Notes: generated by a model from the letters alone, not told the origin. 64,000 nucleotides of DNA from Azolla caroliniana (GCA_043228905.1 JBHGNT010000018.1:8990001-9054000), one strand, 5' to 3'; shown: positions 10,964 through 25,229, numbered from the stretch's first letter. A program made the numbers and translations.

Positions 10964-11548
10964 ATCATATTTAGACTTCTAATTCGCATTAAATCCAAAT
11001 ATCAAGTAGAATTTAAATATAATTCGCACGTTACAATAGTTTTTCCTCTCAAATTCTACTGTTAATTTCCTCACCTCCAATTCTAGCTAGTATATTTGGA
11101 GTGACACAAAATTTAGAAATTTGCTATCAACCTTGTATTCCACGCACGCGGCCACGGCATTCCTGTATATATTTCAAATGGCTATTACATTTAATGAGAG
11201 GATCTTCATCAATTCTCACAAATATTTCCATCGTTCATCATTAGACCATGAGGCTTCGTCATTGTGAGACGAATTTGATATTCAGGTTATGAAGGTATTT
11301 CCTCCTATTAATTATTTGATTGACACACTTGAGCCGATACAAACTGATTGCGTTGTGTTTCAATCCGTAGCGGTTGCATCCTATGACTCATAACATATAC
11401 CTCCGGCTTGCTAAGTGTGACATCCACAATGTATGTTTCCTCTCCGCTCATTTGGAGAACGGGTCCATTGGATGTTAAGACTAATGGAACTGCGATAGTT
11501 TGAGATAGGCTATCAATGCTTTAATTTGTCATGAGAGGGAGAGGAAAA

Positions 11549-11621
11549 TGGAGATGCGGGGTATCGATCCCCATACCTCTCGCATGCTAAGCGAGCGCTC
11601 TACCATTTGAGCTACATCCCC
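11549..11621 (-). tRNA. trnA: tRNA-Ala(AGC), unit 3
   Basis: Same sequence as the unit 1 copy. Confidence 0.95.
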
Positions 11622-12081
11622 GAAACTCTTGCCTTCAGGTTTTAGAAAGAGTGGAATGACATGTAACAGATAATGCTTATCTAGAAATGCAGGTAATAGG
11701 CTGTACTAATTGTTGTTTTCAAATCTTAAAAGTAATCCCGTAAGGTCACTTTTAAATTAATACGATTGCGATAATGCCATCAACTCCGTACTTCTGGTAC
11801 GCCAAGCATGCATTTTAGCTTTGAGAATCGACCGATATGCTTTTTTGCGCAACATTGTTAATATATTTGTGAATCGAATTCCCATGTGAAATTTAGAAAT
11901 TAATAGCTTTACTTCTAGTTTTTCCTGATACGTTTGTACGAATACGAATGACGACATGGGCATGGATCCCATATTAATTCTGACCCTTCCCAGATGGTCC
12001 TCAAACGAATCAGAATGACATTCTTGTCACGGAGAGACTTAGAGATGATCTTTCCATTTAATAATTCGTAATGATACAAAA

Positions 12082-12154
12082 TGGAGAAGCGAGGTATCGA
12101 TCCCCGTGCCTCTCGCATGCAAAGCGAGCGCTCTACCATGTGAGCTACATCCCC
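12082..12154 (-). tRNA. trnA: tRNA-Ala(UGC), unit 4
   Basis: Same sequence as the unit 1 copy. Confidence 0.88.
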
Positions 12155-12739
12155 ATCATATTTAGACTTCTAATTCGCATTAAATCCAAATATCAAGTAG
12201 AATTTAAATATAATTCGCACGTTACAATAGTTTTTCCTCTCAAATTCTACTGTTAATTTCCTCACCTCCAATTCTAGCTAGTATATTTGGAGTGACACAA
12301 AATTTAGAAATTTGCTATCAACCTTGTATTCCACGCACGCGGCCACGGCATTCCTGTATATATTTCAAATGGCTATTACATTTAATGAGAGGATCTTCAT
12401 CAATTCTCACAAATATTTCCATCGTTCATCATTAGACCATGAGGCTTCGTCATTGTGAGACGAATTTGATATTCAGGTTATGAAGGTATTTCCTCCTATT
12501 AATTATTTGATTGACACACTTGAGCCGATACAAACTGATTGCGTTGTGTTTCAATCCGTAGCGGTTGCATCCTATGACTCATAACATATACCTCCGGCTT
12601 GCTAAGTGTGACATCCACAATGTATGTTTCCTCTCCGCTCATTTGGAGAACGGGTCCATTGGATGTTAAGACTAATGGAACTGCGATAGTTTGAGATAGG
12701 CTATCAATGCTTTAATTTGTCATGAGAGGGAGAGGAAAA

Positions 12740-12812
12740 TGGAGATGCGGGGTATCGATCCCCATACCTCTCGCATGCTAAGCGAGCGCTCTACCATTTG
12801 AGCTACATCCCC
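12740..12812 (-). tRNA. trnA: tRNA-Ala(AGC), unit 4
   Basis: Same sequence as the unit 1 copy. Confidence 0.95.
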
Positions 12813-13272
12813 GAAACTCTTGCCTTCAGGTTTTAGAAAGAGTGGAATGACATGTAACAGATAATGCTTATCTAGAAATGCAGGTAATAGGCTGTACTAA
12901 TTGTTGTTTTCAAATCTTAAAAGTAATCCCGTAAGGTCACTTTTAAATTAATACGATTGCGATAATGCCATCAACTCCGTACTTCTGGTACGCCAAGCAT
13001 GCATTTTAGCTTTGAGAATCGACCGATATGCTTTTTTGCGCAACATTGTTAATATATTTGTGAATCGAATTCCCATGTGAAATTTAGAAATTAATAGCTT
13101 TACTTCTAGTTTTTCCTGATACGTTTGTACGAATACGAATGACGACATGGGCATGGATCCCATATTAATTCTGACCCTTCCCAGATGGTCCTCAAACGAA
13201 TCAGAATGACATTCTTGTCACGGAGAGACTTAGAGATGATCTTTCCATTTAATAATTCGTAATGATACAAAA

Positions 13273-13345
13273 TGGAGAAGCGAGGTATCGATCCCCGTGC
13301 CTCTCGCATGCAAAGCGAGCGCTCTACCATGTGAGCTACATCCCC
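13273..13345 (-). tRNA. trnA: tRNA-Ala(UGC), unit 5
   Basis: Same sequence as the unit 1 copy. Confidence 0.88.
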
Positions 13346-13930
13346 ATCATATTTAGACTTCTAATTCGCATTAAATCCAAATATCAAGTAGAATTTAAAT
13401 ATAATTCGCACGTTACAATAGTTTTTCCTCTCAAATTCTACTGTTAATTTCCTCACCTCCAATTCTAGCTAGTATATTTGGAGTGACACAAAATTTAGAA
13501 ATTTGCTATCAACCTTGTATTCCACGCACGCGGCCACGGCATTCCTGTATATATTTCAAATGGCTATTACATTTAATGAGAGGATCTTCATCAATTCTCA
13601 CAAATATTTCCATCGTTCATCATTAGACCATGAGGCTTCGTCATTGTGAGACGAATTTGATATTCAGGTTATGAAGGTATTTCCTCCTATTAATTATTTG
13701 ATTGACACACTTGAGCCGATACAAACTGATTGCGTTGTGTTTCAATCCGTAGCGGTTGCATCCTATGACTCATAACATATACCTCCGGCTTGCTAAGTGT
13801 GACATCCACAATGTATGTTTCCTCTCCGCTCATTTGGAGAACGGGTCCATTGGATGTTAAGACTAATGGAACTGCGATAGTTTGAGATAGGCTATCAATG
13901 CTTTAATTTGTCATGAGAGGGAGAGGAAAA

Positions 13931-14003
13931 TGGAGATGCGGGGTATCGATCCCCATACCTCTCGCATGCTAAGCGAGCGCTCTACCATTTGAGCTACATC
14001 CCC
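13931..14003 (-). tRNA. trnA: tRNA-Ala(AGC), unit 5
   Basis: Same sequence as the unit 1 copy. Confidence 0.95.
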
Positions 14004-14463
14004 GAAACTCTTGCCTTCAGGTTTTAGAAAGAGTGGAATGACATGTAACAGATAATGCTTATCTAGAAATGCAGGTAATAGGCTGTACTAATTGTTGTTT
14101 TCAAATCTTAAAAGTAATCCCGTAAGGTCACTTTTAAATTAATACGATTGCGATAATGCCATCAACTCCGTACTTCTGGTACGCCAAGCATGCATTTTAG
14201 CTTTGAGAATCGACCGATATGCTTTTTTGCGCAACATTGTTAATATATTTGTGAATCGAATTCCCATGTGAAATTTAGAAATTAATAGCTTTACTTCTAG
14301 TTTTTCCTGATACGTTTGTACGAATACGAATGACGACATGGGCATGGATCCCATATTAATTCTGACCCTTCCCAGATGGTCCTCAAACGAATCAGAATGA
14401 CATTCTTGTCACGGAGAGACTTAGAGATGATCTTTCCATTTAATAATTCGTAATGATACAAAA

Positions 14464-14536
14464 TGGAGAAGCGAGGTATCGATCCCCGTGCCTCTCGCAT
14501 GCAAAGCGAGCGCTCTACCATGTGAGCTACATCCCC
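14464..14536 (-). tRNA. trnA: tRNA-Ala(UGC), unit 6
   Basis: Same sequence as the unit 1 copy. Confidence 0.88.
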
Positions 14537-15121
14537 ATCATATTTAGACTTCTAATTCGCATTAAATCCAAATATCAAGTAGAATTTAAATATAATTCGC
14601 ACGTTACAATAGTTTTTCCTCTCAAATTCTACTGTTAATTTCCTCACCTCCAATTCTAGCTAGTATATTTGGAGTGACACAAAATTTAGAAATTTGCTAT
14701 CAACCTTGTATTCCACGCACGCGGCCACGGCATTCCTGTATATATTTCAAATGGCTATTACATTTAATGAGAGGATCTTCATCAATTCTCACAAATATTT
14801 CCATCGTTCATCATTAGACCATGAGGCTTCGTCATTGTGAGACGAATTTGATATTCAGGTTATGAAGGTATTTCCTCCTATTAATTATTTGATTGACACA
14901 CTTGAGCCGATACAAACTGATTGCGTTGTGTTTCAATCCGTAGCGGTTGCATCCTATGACTCATAACATATACCTCCGGCTTGCTAAGTGTGACATCCAC
15001 AATGTATGTTTCCTCTCCGCTCATTTGGAGAACGGGTCCATTGGATGTTAAGACTAATGGAACTGCGATAGTTTGAGATAGGCTATCAATGCTTTAATTT
15101 GTCATGAGAGGGAGAGGAAAA

Positions 15122-15194
15122 TGGAGATGCGGGGTATCGATCCCCATACCTCTCGCATGCTAAGCGAGCGCTCTACCATTTGAGCTACATCCCC
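15122..15194 (-). tRNA. trnA: tRNA-Ala(AGC), unit 6
   Basis: Same sequence as the unit 1 copy. Confidence 0.95.
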
Positions 15195-15654
15195 GAAACT
15201 CTTGCCTTCAGGTTTTAGAAAGAGTGGAATGACATGTAACAGATAATGCTTATCTAGAAATGCAGGTAATAGGCTGTACTAATTGTTGTTTTCAAATCTT
15301 AAAAGTAATCCCGTAAGGTCACTTTTAAATTAATACGATTGCGATAATGCCATCAACTCCGTACTTCTGGTACGCCAAGCATGCATTTTAGCTTTGAGAA
15401 TCGACCGATATGCTTTTTTGCGCAACATTGTTAATATATTTGTGAATCGAATTCCCATGTGAAATTTAGAAATTAATAGCTTTACTTCTAGTTTTTCCTG
15501 ATACGTTTGTACGAATACGAATGACGACATGGGCATGGATCCCATATTAATTCTGACCCTTCCCAGATGGTCCTCAAACGAATCAGAATGACATTCTTGT
15601 CACGGAGAGACTTAGAGATGATCTTTCCATTTAATAATTCGTAATGATACAAAA

Positions 15655-15727
15655 TGGAGAAGCGAGGTATCGATCCCCGTGCCTCTCGCATGCAAAGCGA
15701 GCGCTCTACCATGTGAGCTACATCCCC
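15655..15727 (-). tRNA. trnA: tRNA-Ala(UGC), unit 7
   Basis: Same sequence as the unit 1 copy. Confidence 0.88.
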
Positions 15728-16312
15728 ATCATATTTAGACTTCTAATTCGCATTAAATCCAAATATCAAGTAGAATTTAAATATAATTCGCACGTTACAA
15801 TAGTTTTTCCTCTCAAATTCTACTGTTAATTTCCTCACCTCCAATTCTAGCTAGTATATTTGGAGTGACACAAAATTTAGAAATTTGCTATCAACCTTGT
15901 ATTCCACGCACGCGGCCACGGCATTCCTGTATATATTTCAAATGGCTATTACATTTAATGAGAGGATCTTCATCAATTCTCACAAATATTTCCATCGTTC
16001 ATCATTAGACCATGAGGCTTCGTCATTGTGAGACGAATTTGATATTCAGGTTATGAAGGTATTTCCTCCTATTAATTATTTGATTGACACACTTGAGCCG
16101 ATACAAACTGATTGCGTTGTGTTTCAATCCGTAGCGGTTGCATCCTATGACTCATAACATATACCTCCGGCTTGCTAAGTGTGACATCCACAATGTATGT
16201 TTCCTCTCCGCTCATTTGGAGAACGGGTCCATTGGATGTTAAGACTAATGGAACTGCGATAGTTTGAGATAGGCTATCAATGCTTTAATTTGTCATGAGA
16301 GGGAGAGGAAAA

Positions 16313-16385
16313 TGGAGATGCGGGGTATCGATCCCCATACCTCTCGCATGCTAAGCGAGCGCTCTACCATTTGAGCTACATCCCC
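16313..16385 (-). tRNA. trnA: tRNA-Ala(AGC), unit 7
   Basis: Same sequence as the unit 1 copy. Confidence 0.95.
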
Positions 16386-16845
16386 GAAACTCTTGCCTTC
16401 AGGTTTTAGAAAGAGTGGAATGACATGTAACAGATAATGCTTATCTAGAAATGCAGGTAATAGGCTGTACTAATTGTTGTTTTCAAATCTTAAAAGTAAT
16501 CCCGTAAGGTCACTTTTAAATTAATACGATTGCGATAATGCCATCAACTCCGTACTTCTGGTACGCCAAGCATGCATTTTAGCTTTGAGAATCGACCGAT
16601 ATGCTTTTTTGCGCAACATTGTTAATATATTTGTGAATCGAATTCCCATGTGAAATTTAGAAATTAATAGCTTTACTTCTAGTTTTTCCTGATACGTTTG
16701 TACGAATACGAATGACGACATGGGCATGGATCCCATATTAATTCTGACCCTTCCCAGATGGTCCTCAAACGAATCAGAATGACATTCTTGTCACGGAGAG
16801 ACTTAGAGATGATCTTTCCATTTAATAATTCGTAATGATACAAAA

Positions 16846-16918
16846 TGGAGAAGCGAGGTATCGATCCCCGTGCCTCTCGCATGCAAAGCGAGCGCTCTAC
16901 CATGTGAGCTACATCCCC
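16846..16918 (-). tRNA. trnA: tRNA-Ala(UGC), unit 8
   Basis: Same sequence as the unit 1 copy. Confidence 0.88.
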
Positions 16919-17503
16919 ATCATATTTAGACTTCTAATTCGCATTAAATCCAAATATCAAGTAGAATTTAAATATAATTCGCACGTTACAATAGTTTTTC
17001 CTCTCAAATTCTACTGTTAATTTCCTCACCTCCAATTCTAGCTAGTATATTTGGAGTGACACAAAATTTAGAAATTTGCTATCAACCTTGTATTCCACGC
17101 ACGCGGCCACGGCATTCCTGTATATATTTCAAATGGCTATTACATTTAATGAGAGGATCTTCGTCAATTCTCACAAATATTTCCATCGTTCATCATTAGA
17201 CCATGAGGCTTCGTCATTGTGAGACGAATTTGATATTCAGGTTATGAAGGTATTTCCTCCTATTAATTATTTGATTGACACACTTGAGCCGATACAAACT
17301 GATTGCGTTGTGTTTCAATCCGTAGCGGTTGCATCCTATGACTCATAACATATACCTCCGGCTTGCTAAGTGTGACATCCACAATGTATGTTTCCTCTCC
17401 GCTCATTTGGAGAACGGGTCCATTGGATGTTAAGACTAATGGAACTGCGATAGTTTGAGATAGGCTATCAATGCTTTAATTTGTCATGAGAGGGAGAGGA
17501 AAA

Positions 17504-17576
17504 TGGAGATGCGGGGTATCGATCCCCATACCTCTCGCATGCTAAGCGAGCGCTCTACCATTTGAGCTACATCCCC
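17504..17576 (-). tRNA. trnA: tRNA-Ala(AGC), unit 8
   Basis: Same sequence as the unit 1 copy. Confidence 0.95.
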
Positions 17577-18036
17577 GAAACTCTTGCCTTCAGGTTTTAG
17601 AAAGAGTGGAATGACATGTAACAGATAATGCTTATCTAGAAATGCAGGTAATAGGCTGTACTAATTGTTGTTTTCAAATCTTAAAAGTAATCCCGTAAGG
17701 TCACTTTTAAATTAATACGATTGCGATAATGCCATCAACTCCGTACTTCTGGTACGCCAAGCATGCATTTTAGCTTTGAGAATCGACCGATATGCTTTTT
17801 TGCGCAACATTGTTAATATATTTGTGAATCGAATTCCCATGTGAAATTTAGAAATTAATAGCTTTACTTCTAGTTTTTCCTGATACGTTTGTACGAATAC
17901 GAATGACGACATGGGCATGGATCCCATATTAATTCTGACCCTTCCCAGATGGTCCTCAAACGAATCAGAATGACATTCTTGTCACGGAGAGACTTAGAGA
18001 TGATCTTTCCATTTAATAATTCGTAATGATACAAAA

Positions 18037-18109
18037 TGGAGAAGCGAGGTATCGATCCCCGTGCCTCTCGCATGCAAAGCGAGCGCTCTACCATGTGAGC
18101 TACATCCCC
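18037..18109 (-). tRNA. trnA: tRNA-Ala(UGC), unit 9
   Basis: Same sequence as the unit 1 copy. Confidence 0.88.
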
Positions 18110-18694
18110 ATCATATTTAGACTTCTAATTCGCATTAAATCCAAATATCAAGTAGAATTTAAATATAATTCGCACGTTACAATAGTTTTTCCTCTCAAAT
18201 TCTACTGTTAATTTCCTCACCTCCAATTCTAGCTAGTATATTTGGAGTGACACAAAATTTAGAAATTTGCTATCAACCTTGTATTCCACGCACGCGGCCA
18301 CGGCATTCCTGTATATATTTCAAATGGCTATTACATTTAATGAGAGGATCTTCGTCAATTCTCACAAATATTTCCATCGTTCATCATTAGACCATGAGGC
18401 TTCGTCATTGTGAGACGAATTTGATATTCAGGTTATGAAGGTATTTCCTCCTATTAATTATTTGATTGACACACTTGAGCCGATACAAACTGATTGCGTT
18501 GTGTTTCAATCCGTAGCGGTTGCATCCTATGACTCATAACATATACCTCCGGCTTGCTAAGTGTGACATCCACAATGTATGTTTCCTCTCCGCTCATTTG
18601 GAGAACGGGTCCATTGGATGTTAAGACTAATGGAACTGCGATAGTTTGAGATAGGCTATCAATGCTTTAATTTGTCATGAGAGGGAGAGGAAAA

Positions 18695-18767
18695 TGGAGA
18701 TGCGGGGTATCGATCCCCATACCTCTCGCATGCTAAGCGAGCGCTCTACCATTTGAGCTACATCCCC
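18695..18767 (-). tRNA. trnA: tRNA-Ala(AGC), unit 9
   Basis: Same sequence as the unit 1 copy. Confidence 0.95.
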
Positions 18768-19227
18768 GAAACTCTTGCCTTCAGGTTTTAGAAAGAGTGG
18801 AATGACATGTAACAGATAATGCTTATCTAGAAATGCAGGTAATAGGCTGTACTAATTGTTGTTTTCAAATCTTAAAAGTAATCCCGTAAGGTCACTTTTA
18901 AATTAATACGATTGCGATAATGCCATCAACTCCGTACTTCTGGTACGCCAAGCATGCATTTTAGCTTTGAGAATCGACCGATATGCTTTTTTGCGCAACA
19001 TTGTTAATATATTTGTGAATCGAATTCCCATGTGAAATTTAGAAATTAATAGCTTTACTTCTAGTTTTTCCTGATACGTTTGTACGAATACGAATGACGA
19101 CATGGGCATGGATCCCATATTAATTCTGACCCTTCCCAGATGGTCCTCAAACGAATCAGAATGACATTCTTGTCACGGAGAGACTTAGAGATGATCTTTC
19201 CATTTAATAATTCGTAATGATACAAAA

Positions 19228-19300
19228 TGGAGAAGCGAGGTATCGATCCCCGTGCCTCTCGCATGCAAAGCGAGCGCTCTACCATGTGAGCTACATCCCC
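19228..19300 (-). tRNA. trnA: tRNA-Ala(UGC), unit 10
   Basis: Same sequence as the unit 1 copy. Confidence 0.88.
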
Positions 19301-19885
19301 ATCATATTTAGACTTCTAATTCGCATTAAATCCAAATATCAAGTAGAATTTAAATATAATTCGCACGTTACAATAGTTTTTCCTCTCAAATTCTACTGTT
19401 AATTTCCTCACCTCCAATTCTAGCTAGTATATTTGGAGTGACACAAAATTTAGAAATTTGCTATCAACCTTGTATTCCACGCACGCGGCCACGGCATTCC
19501 TGTATATATTTCAAATGGCTATTACATTTAATGAGAGGATCTTCGTCAATTCTCACAAATATTTCCATCGTTCATCATTAGACCATGAGGCTTCGTCATT
19601 GTGAGACGAATTTGATATTCAGGTTATGAAGGTATTTCCTCCTATTAATTATTTGATTGACACACTTGAGCCGATACAAACTGATTGCGTTGTGTTTCAA
19701 TCCGTAGCGGTTGCATCCTATGACTCATAACATATACCTCCGGCTTGCTAAGTGTGACATCCACAATGTATGTTTCCTCTCCGCTCATTTGGAGAACGGG
19801 TCCATTGGATGTTAAGACTAATGGAACTGCGATAGTTTGAGATAGGCTATCAATGCTTTAATTTGTCATGAGAGGGAGAGGAAAA

Positions 19886-19958
19886 TGGAGATGCGGGGTA
19901 TCGATCCCCATACCTCTCGCATGCTAAGCGAGCGCTCTACCATTTGAGCTACATCCCC
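19886..19958 (-). tRNA. trnA: tRNA-Ala(AGC), unit 10
   Basis: Same sequence as the unit 1 copy. Confidence 0.95.
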
Positions 19959-20418
19959 GAAACTCTTGCCTTCAGGTTTTAGAAAGAGTGGAATGACATG
20001 TAACAGATAATGCTTATCTAGAAATGCAGGTAATAGGCTGTACTAATTGTTGTTTTCAAATCTTAAAAGTAATCCCGTAAGGTCACTTTTAAATTAATAC
20101 GATTGCGATAATGCCATCAACTCCGTACTTCTGGTACGCCAAGCATGCATTTTAGCTTTGAGAATCGACCGATATGCTTTTTTGCGCAACATTGTTAATA
20201 TATTTGTGAATCGAATTCCCATGTGAAATTTAGAAATTAATAGCTTTACTTCTAGTTTTTCCTGATACGTTTGTACGAATACGAATGACGACATGGGCAT
20301 GGATCCCATATTAATTCTGACCCTTCCCAGATGGTCCTCAAACGAATCAGAATGACATTCTTGTCACGGAGAGACTTAGAGATGATCTTTCCATTTAATA
20401 ATTCGTAATGATACAAAA

Positions 20419-20491
20419 TGGAGAAGCGAGGTATCGATCCCCGTGCCTCTCGCATGCAAAGCGAGCGCTCTACCATGTGAGCTACATCCCC
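20419..20491 (-). tRNA. trnA: tRNA-Ala(UGC), unit 11
   Basis: Same sequence as the unit 1 copy. Confidence 0.88.
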
Positions 20492-21076
20492 ATCATATTT
20501 AGACTTCTAATTCGCATTAAATCCAAATATCAAGTAGAATTTAAATATAATTCGCACGTTACAATAGTTTTTCCTCTCAAATTCTACTGTTAATTTCCTC
20601 ACCTCCAATTCTAGCTAGTATATTTGGAGTGACACAAAATTTAGAAATTTGCTATCAACCTTGTATTCCACGCACGCGGCCACGGCATTCCTGTATATAT
20701 TTCAAATGGCTATTACATTTAATGAGAGGATCTTCGTCAATTCTCACAAATATTTCCATCGTTCATCATTAGACCATGAGGCTTCGTCATTGTGAGACGA
20801 ATTTGATATTCAGGTTATGAAGGTATTTCCTCCTATTAATTATTTGATTGACACACTTGAGCCGATACAAACTGATTGCGTTGTGTTTCAATCCGTAGCG
20901 GTTGCATCCTATGACTCATAACATATACCTCCGGCTTGCTAAGTGTGACATCCACAATGTATGTTTCCTCTCCGCTCATTTGGAGAACGGGTCCATTGGA
21001 TGTTAAGACTAATGGAACTGCGATAGTTTGAGATAGGCTATCAATGCTTTAATTTGTCATGAGAGGGAGAGGAAAA

Positions 21077-21149
21077 TGGAGATGCGGGGTATCGATCCCC
21101 ATACCTCTCGCATGCTAAGCGAGCGCTCTACCATTTGAGCTACATCCCC
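21077..21149 (-). tRNA. trnA: tRNA-Ala(AGC), unit 11
   Basis: Same sequence as the unit 1 copy. Confidence 0.95.
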
Positions 21150-21609
21150 GAAACTCTTGCCTTCAGGTTTTAGAAAGAGTGGAATGACATGTAACAGATA
21201 ATGCTTATCTAGAAATGCAGGTAATAGGCTGTACTAATTGTTGTTTTCAAATCTTAAAAGTAATCCCGTAAGGTCACTTTTAAATTAATACGATTGCGAT
21301 AATGCCATCAACTCCGTACTTCTGGTACGCCAAGCATGCATTTTAGCTTTGAGAATCGACCGATATGCTTTTTTGCGCAACATTGTTAATATATTTGTGA
21401 ATCGAATTCCCATGTGAAATTTAGAAATTAATAGCTTTACTTCTAGTTTTTCCTGATACGTTTGTACGAATACGAATGACGACATGGGCATGGATCCCAT
21501 ATTAATTCTGACCCTTCCCAGATGGTCCTCAAACGAATCAGAATGACATTCTTGTCACGGAGAGACTTAGAGATGATCTTTCCATTTAATAATTCGTAAT
21601 GATACAAAA

Positions 21610-21682
21610 TGGAGAAGCGAGGTATCGATCCCCGTGCCTCTCGCATGCAAAGCGAGCGCTCTACCATGTGAGCTACATCCCC
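21610..21682 (-). tRNA. trnA: tRNA-Ala(UGC), unit 12
   Basis: Same sequence as the unit 1 copy. Confidence 0.88.
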
Positions 21683-22267
21683 ATCATATTTAGACTTCTA
21701 ATTCGCATTAAATCCAAATATCAAGTAGAATTTAAATATAATTCGCACGTTACAATAGTTTTTCCTCTCAAATTCTACTGTTAATTTCCTCACCTCCAAT
21801 TCTAGCTAGTATATTTGGAGTGACACAAAATTTAGAAATTTGCTATCAACCTTGTATTCCACGCACGCGGCCACGGCATTCCTGTATATATTTCAAATGG
21901 CTATTACATTTAATGAGAGGATCTTCGTCAATTCTCACAAATATTTCCATCGTTCATCATTAGACCATGAGGCTTCGTCATTGTGAGACGAATTTGATAT
22001 TCAGGTTATGAAGGTATTTCCTCCTATTAATTATTTGATTGACACACTTGAGCCGATACAAACTGATTGCGTTGTGTTTCAATCCGTAGCGGTTGCATCC
22101 TATGACTCATAACATATACCTCCGGCTTGCTAAGTGTGACATCCACAATGTATGTTTCCTCTCCGCTCATTTGGAGAACGGGTCCATTGGATGTTAAGAC
22201 TAATGGAACTGCGATAGTTTGAGATAGGCTATCAATGCTTTAATTTGTCATGAGAGGGAGAGGAAAA

Positions 22268-22340
22268 TGGAGATGCGGGGTATCGATCCCCATACCTCTC
22301 GCATGCTAAGCGAGCGCTCTACCATTTGAGCTACATCCCC
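22268..22340 (-). tRNA. trnA: tRNA-Ala(AGC), unit 12
   Basis: Same sequence as the unit 1 copy. Confidence 0.95.
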
Positions 22341-22800
22341 GAAACTCTTGCCTTCAGGTTTTAGAAAGAGTGGAATGACATGTAACAGATAATGCTTATC
22401 TAGAAATGCAGGTAATAGGCTGTACTAATTGTTGTTTTCAAATCTTAAAAGTAATCCCGTAAGGTCACTTTTAAATTAATACGATTGCGATAATGCCATC
22501 AACTCCGTACTTCTGGTACGCCAAGCATGCATTTTAGCTTTGAGAATCGACCGATATGCTTTTTTGCGCAACATTGTTAATATATTTGTGAATCGAATTC
22601 CCATGTGAAATTTAGAAATTAATAGCTTTACTTCTAGTTTTTCCTGATACGTTTGTACGAATACGAATGACGACATGGGCATGGATCCCATATTAATTCT
22701 GACCCTTCCCAGATGGTCCTCAAACGAATCAGAATGACATTCTTGTCACGGAGAGACTTAGAGATGATCTTTCCATTTAATAATTCGTAATGATACAAAA

Positions 22801-22873
22801 TGGAGAAGCGAGGTATCGATCCCCGTGCCTCTCGCATGCAAAGCGAGCGCTCTACCATGTGAGCTACATCCCC
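22801..22873 (-). tRNA. trnA: tRNA-Ala(UGC), unit 13
   Basis: Same sequence as the unit 1 copy. Confidence 0.88.
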
Positions 22874-23458
22874 ATCATATTTAGACTTCTAATTCGCATT
22901 AAATCCAAATATCAAGTAGAATTTAAATATAATTCGCACGTTACAATAGTTTTTCCTCTCAAATTCTACTGTTAATTTCCTCACCTCCAATTCTAGCTAG
23001 TATATTTGGAGTGACACAAAATTTAGAAATTTGCTATCAACCTTGTATTCCACGCACGCGGCCACGGCATTCCTGTATATATTTCAAATGGCTATTACAT
23101 TTAATGAGAGGATCTTCGTCAATTCTCACAAATATTTCCATCGTTCATCATTAGACCATGAGGCTTCGTCATTGTGAGACGAATTTGATATTCAGGTTAT
23201 GAAGGTATTTCCTCCTATTAATTATTTGATTGACACACTTGAGCCGATACAAACTGATTGCGTTGTGTTTCAATCCGTAGCGGTTGCATCCTATGACTCA
23301 TAACATATACCTCCGGCTTGCTAAGTGTGACATCCACAATGTATGTTTCCTCTCCGCTCATTTGGAGAACGGGTCCATTGGATGTTAAGACTAATGGAAC
23401 TGCGATAGTTTGAGATAGGCTATCAATGCTTTAATTTGTCATGAGAGGGAGAGGAAAA

Positions 23459-23531
23459 TGGAGATGCGGGGTATCGATCCCCATACCTCTCGCATGCTAA
23501 GCGAGCGCTCTACCATTTGAGCTACATCCCC
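23459..23531 (-). tRNA. trnA: tRNA-Ala(AGC), unit 13
   Basis: Same sequence as the unit 1 copy. Confidence 0.95.
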
Positions 23532-23991
23532 GAAACTCTTGCCTTCAGGTTTTAGAAAGAGTGGAATGACATGTAACAGATAATGCTTATCTAGAAATGC
23601 AGGTAATAGGCTGTACTAATTGTTGTTTTCAAATCTTAAAAGTAATCCCGTAAGGTCACTTTTAAATTAATACGATTGCGATAATGCCATCAACTCCGTA
23701 CTTCTGGTACGCCAAGCATGCATTTTAGCTTTGAGAATCGACCGATATGCTTTTTTGCGCAACATTGTTAATATATTTGTGAATCGAATTCCCATGTGAA
23801 ATTTAGAAATTAATAGCTTTACTTCTAGTTTTTCCTGATACGTTTGTACGAATACGAATGACGACATGGGCATGGATCCCATATTAATTCTGACCCTTCC
23901 CAGATGGTCCTCAAACGAATCAGAATGACATTCTTGTCACGGAGAGACTTAGAGATGATCTTTCCATTTAATAATTCGTAATGATACAAAA

Positions 23992-24064
23992 TGGAGAAGC
24001 GAGGTATCGATCCCCGTGCCTCTCGCATGCAAAGCGAGCGCTCTACCATGTGAGCTACATCCCC
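23992..24064 (-). tRNA. trnA: tRNA-Ala(UGC), unit 14
   Basis: Same sequence as the unit 1 copy. Confidence 0.88.
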
Positions 24065-24649
24065 ATCATATTTAGACTTCTAATTCGCATTAAATCCAAA
24101 TATCAAGTAGAATTTAAATATAATTCGCACGTTACAATAGTTTTTCCTCTCAAATTCTACTGTTAATTTCCTCACCTCCAATTCTAGCTAGTATATTTGG
24201 AGTGACACAAAATTTAGAAATTTGCTATCAACCTTGTATTCCACGCACGCGGCCACGGCATTCCTGTATATATTTCAAATGGCTATTACATTTAATGAGA
24301 GGATCTTCGTCAATTCTCACAAATATTTCCATCGTTCATCATTAGACCATGAGGCTTCGTCATTGTGAGACGAATTTGATATTCAGGTTATGAAGGTATT
24401 TCCTCCTATTAATTATTTGATTGACACACTTGAGCCGATACAAACTGATTGCGTTGTGTTTCAATCCGTAGCGGTTGCATCCTATGACTCATAACATATA
24501 CCTCCGGCTTGCTAAGTGTGACATCCACAATGTATGTTTCCTCTCCGCTCATTTGGAGAACGGGTCCATTGGATGTTAAGACTAATGGAACTGCGATAGT
24601 TTGAGATAGGCTATCAATGCTTTAATTTGTCATGAGAGGGAGAGGAAAA

Positions 24650-24722
24650 TGGAGATGCGGGGTATCGATCCCCATACCTCTCGCATGCTAAGCGAGCGCT
24701 CTACCATTTGAGCTACATCCCC
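24650..24722 (-). tRNA. trnA: tRNA-Ala(AGC), unit 14
   Basis: Same sequence as the unit 1 copy. Confidence 0.95.
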
Positions 24723-25156
24723 GAAACTCTTGCCTTCAGGTTTTAGAAAGAGTGGAATGACATGTAACAGATAATGCTTATCTAGAAATGCAGGTAATAG
24801 GCTGTACTAATTGTTGTTTTCAAATCTTAAAAGTAATCCCGTAAGGTCACTTTTAAATTAATACGATTGCGATAAACCAAGCATGCATTTTAGCTTTGAG
24901 AATCGACCGATATGCTTTTTTGCGCAACATTGTTAATATATTTGTGAATCGAATTCCCATGTGAAATTTAGAAATTAATAGCTTTACTTCTAGTTTTTCC
25001 TGATACGTTTGTACGAATACGAATGACGACATGGGCATGGATCCCATATTAATTCTGACCCTTCCCAGATGGTCCTCAAACGAATCAGAATGACATTCTT
25101 GTCACGGAGAGACTTAGAGATGATCTTTCCATTTAATAATTCGTAATGATACAAAA

Positions 25157-25229
25157 TGGAGAAGCGAGGTATCGATCCCCGTGCCTCTCGCATGCAAAGC
25201 GAGCGCTCTACCATGTGAGCTACATCCCC
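25157..25229 (-). tRNA. trnA: tRNA-Ala(UGC), unit 15
   Basis: Same sequence as the unit 1 copy; shifted by the 26-bp spacer deletion. Confidence 0.88.
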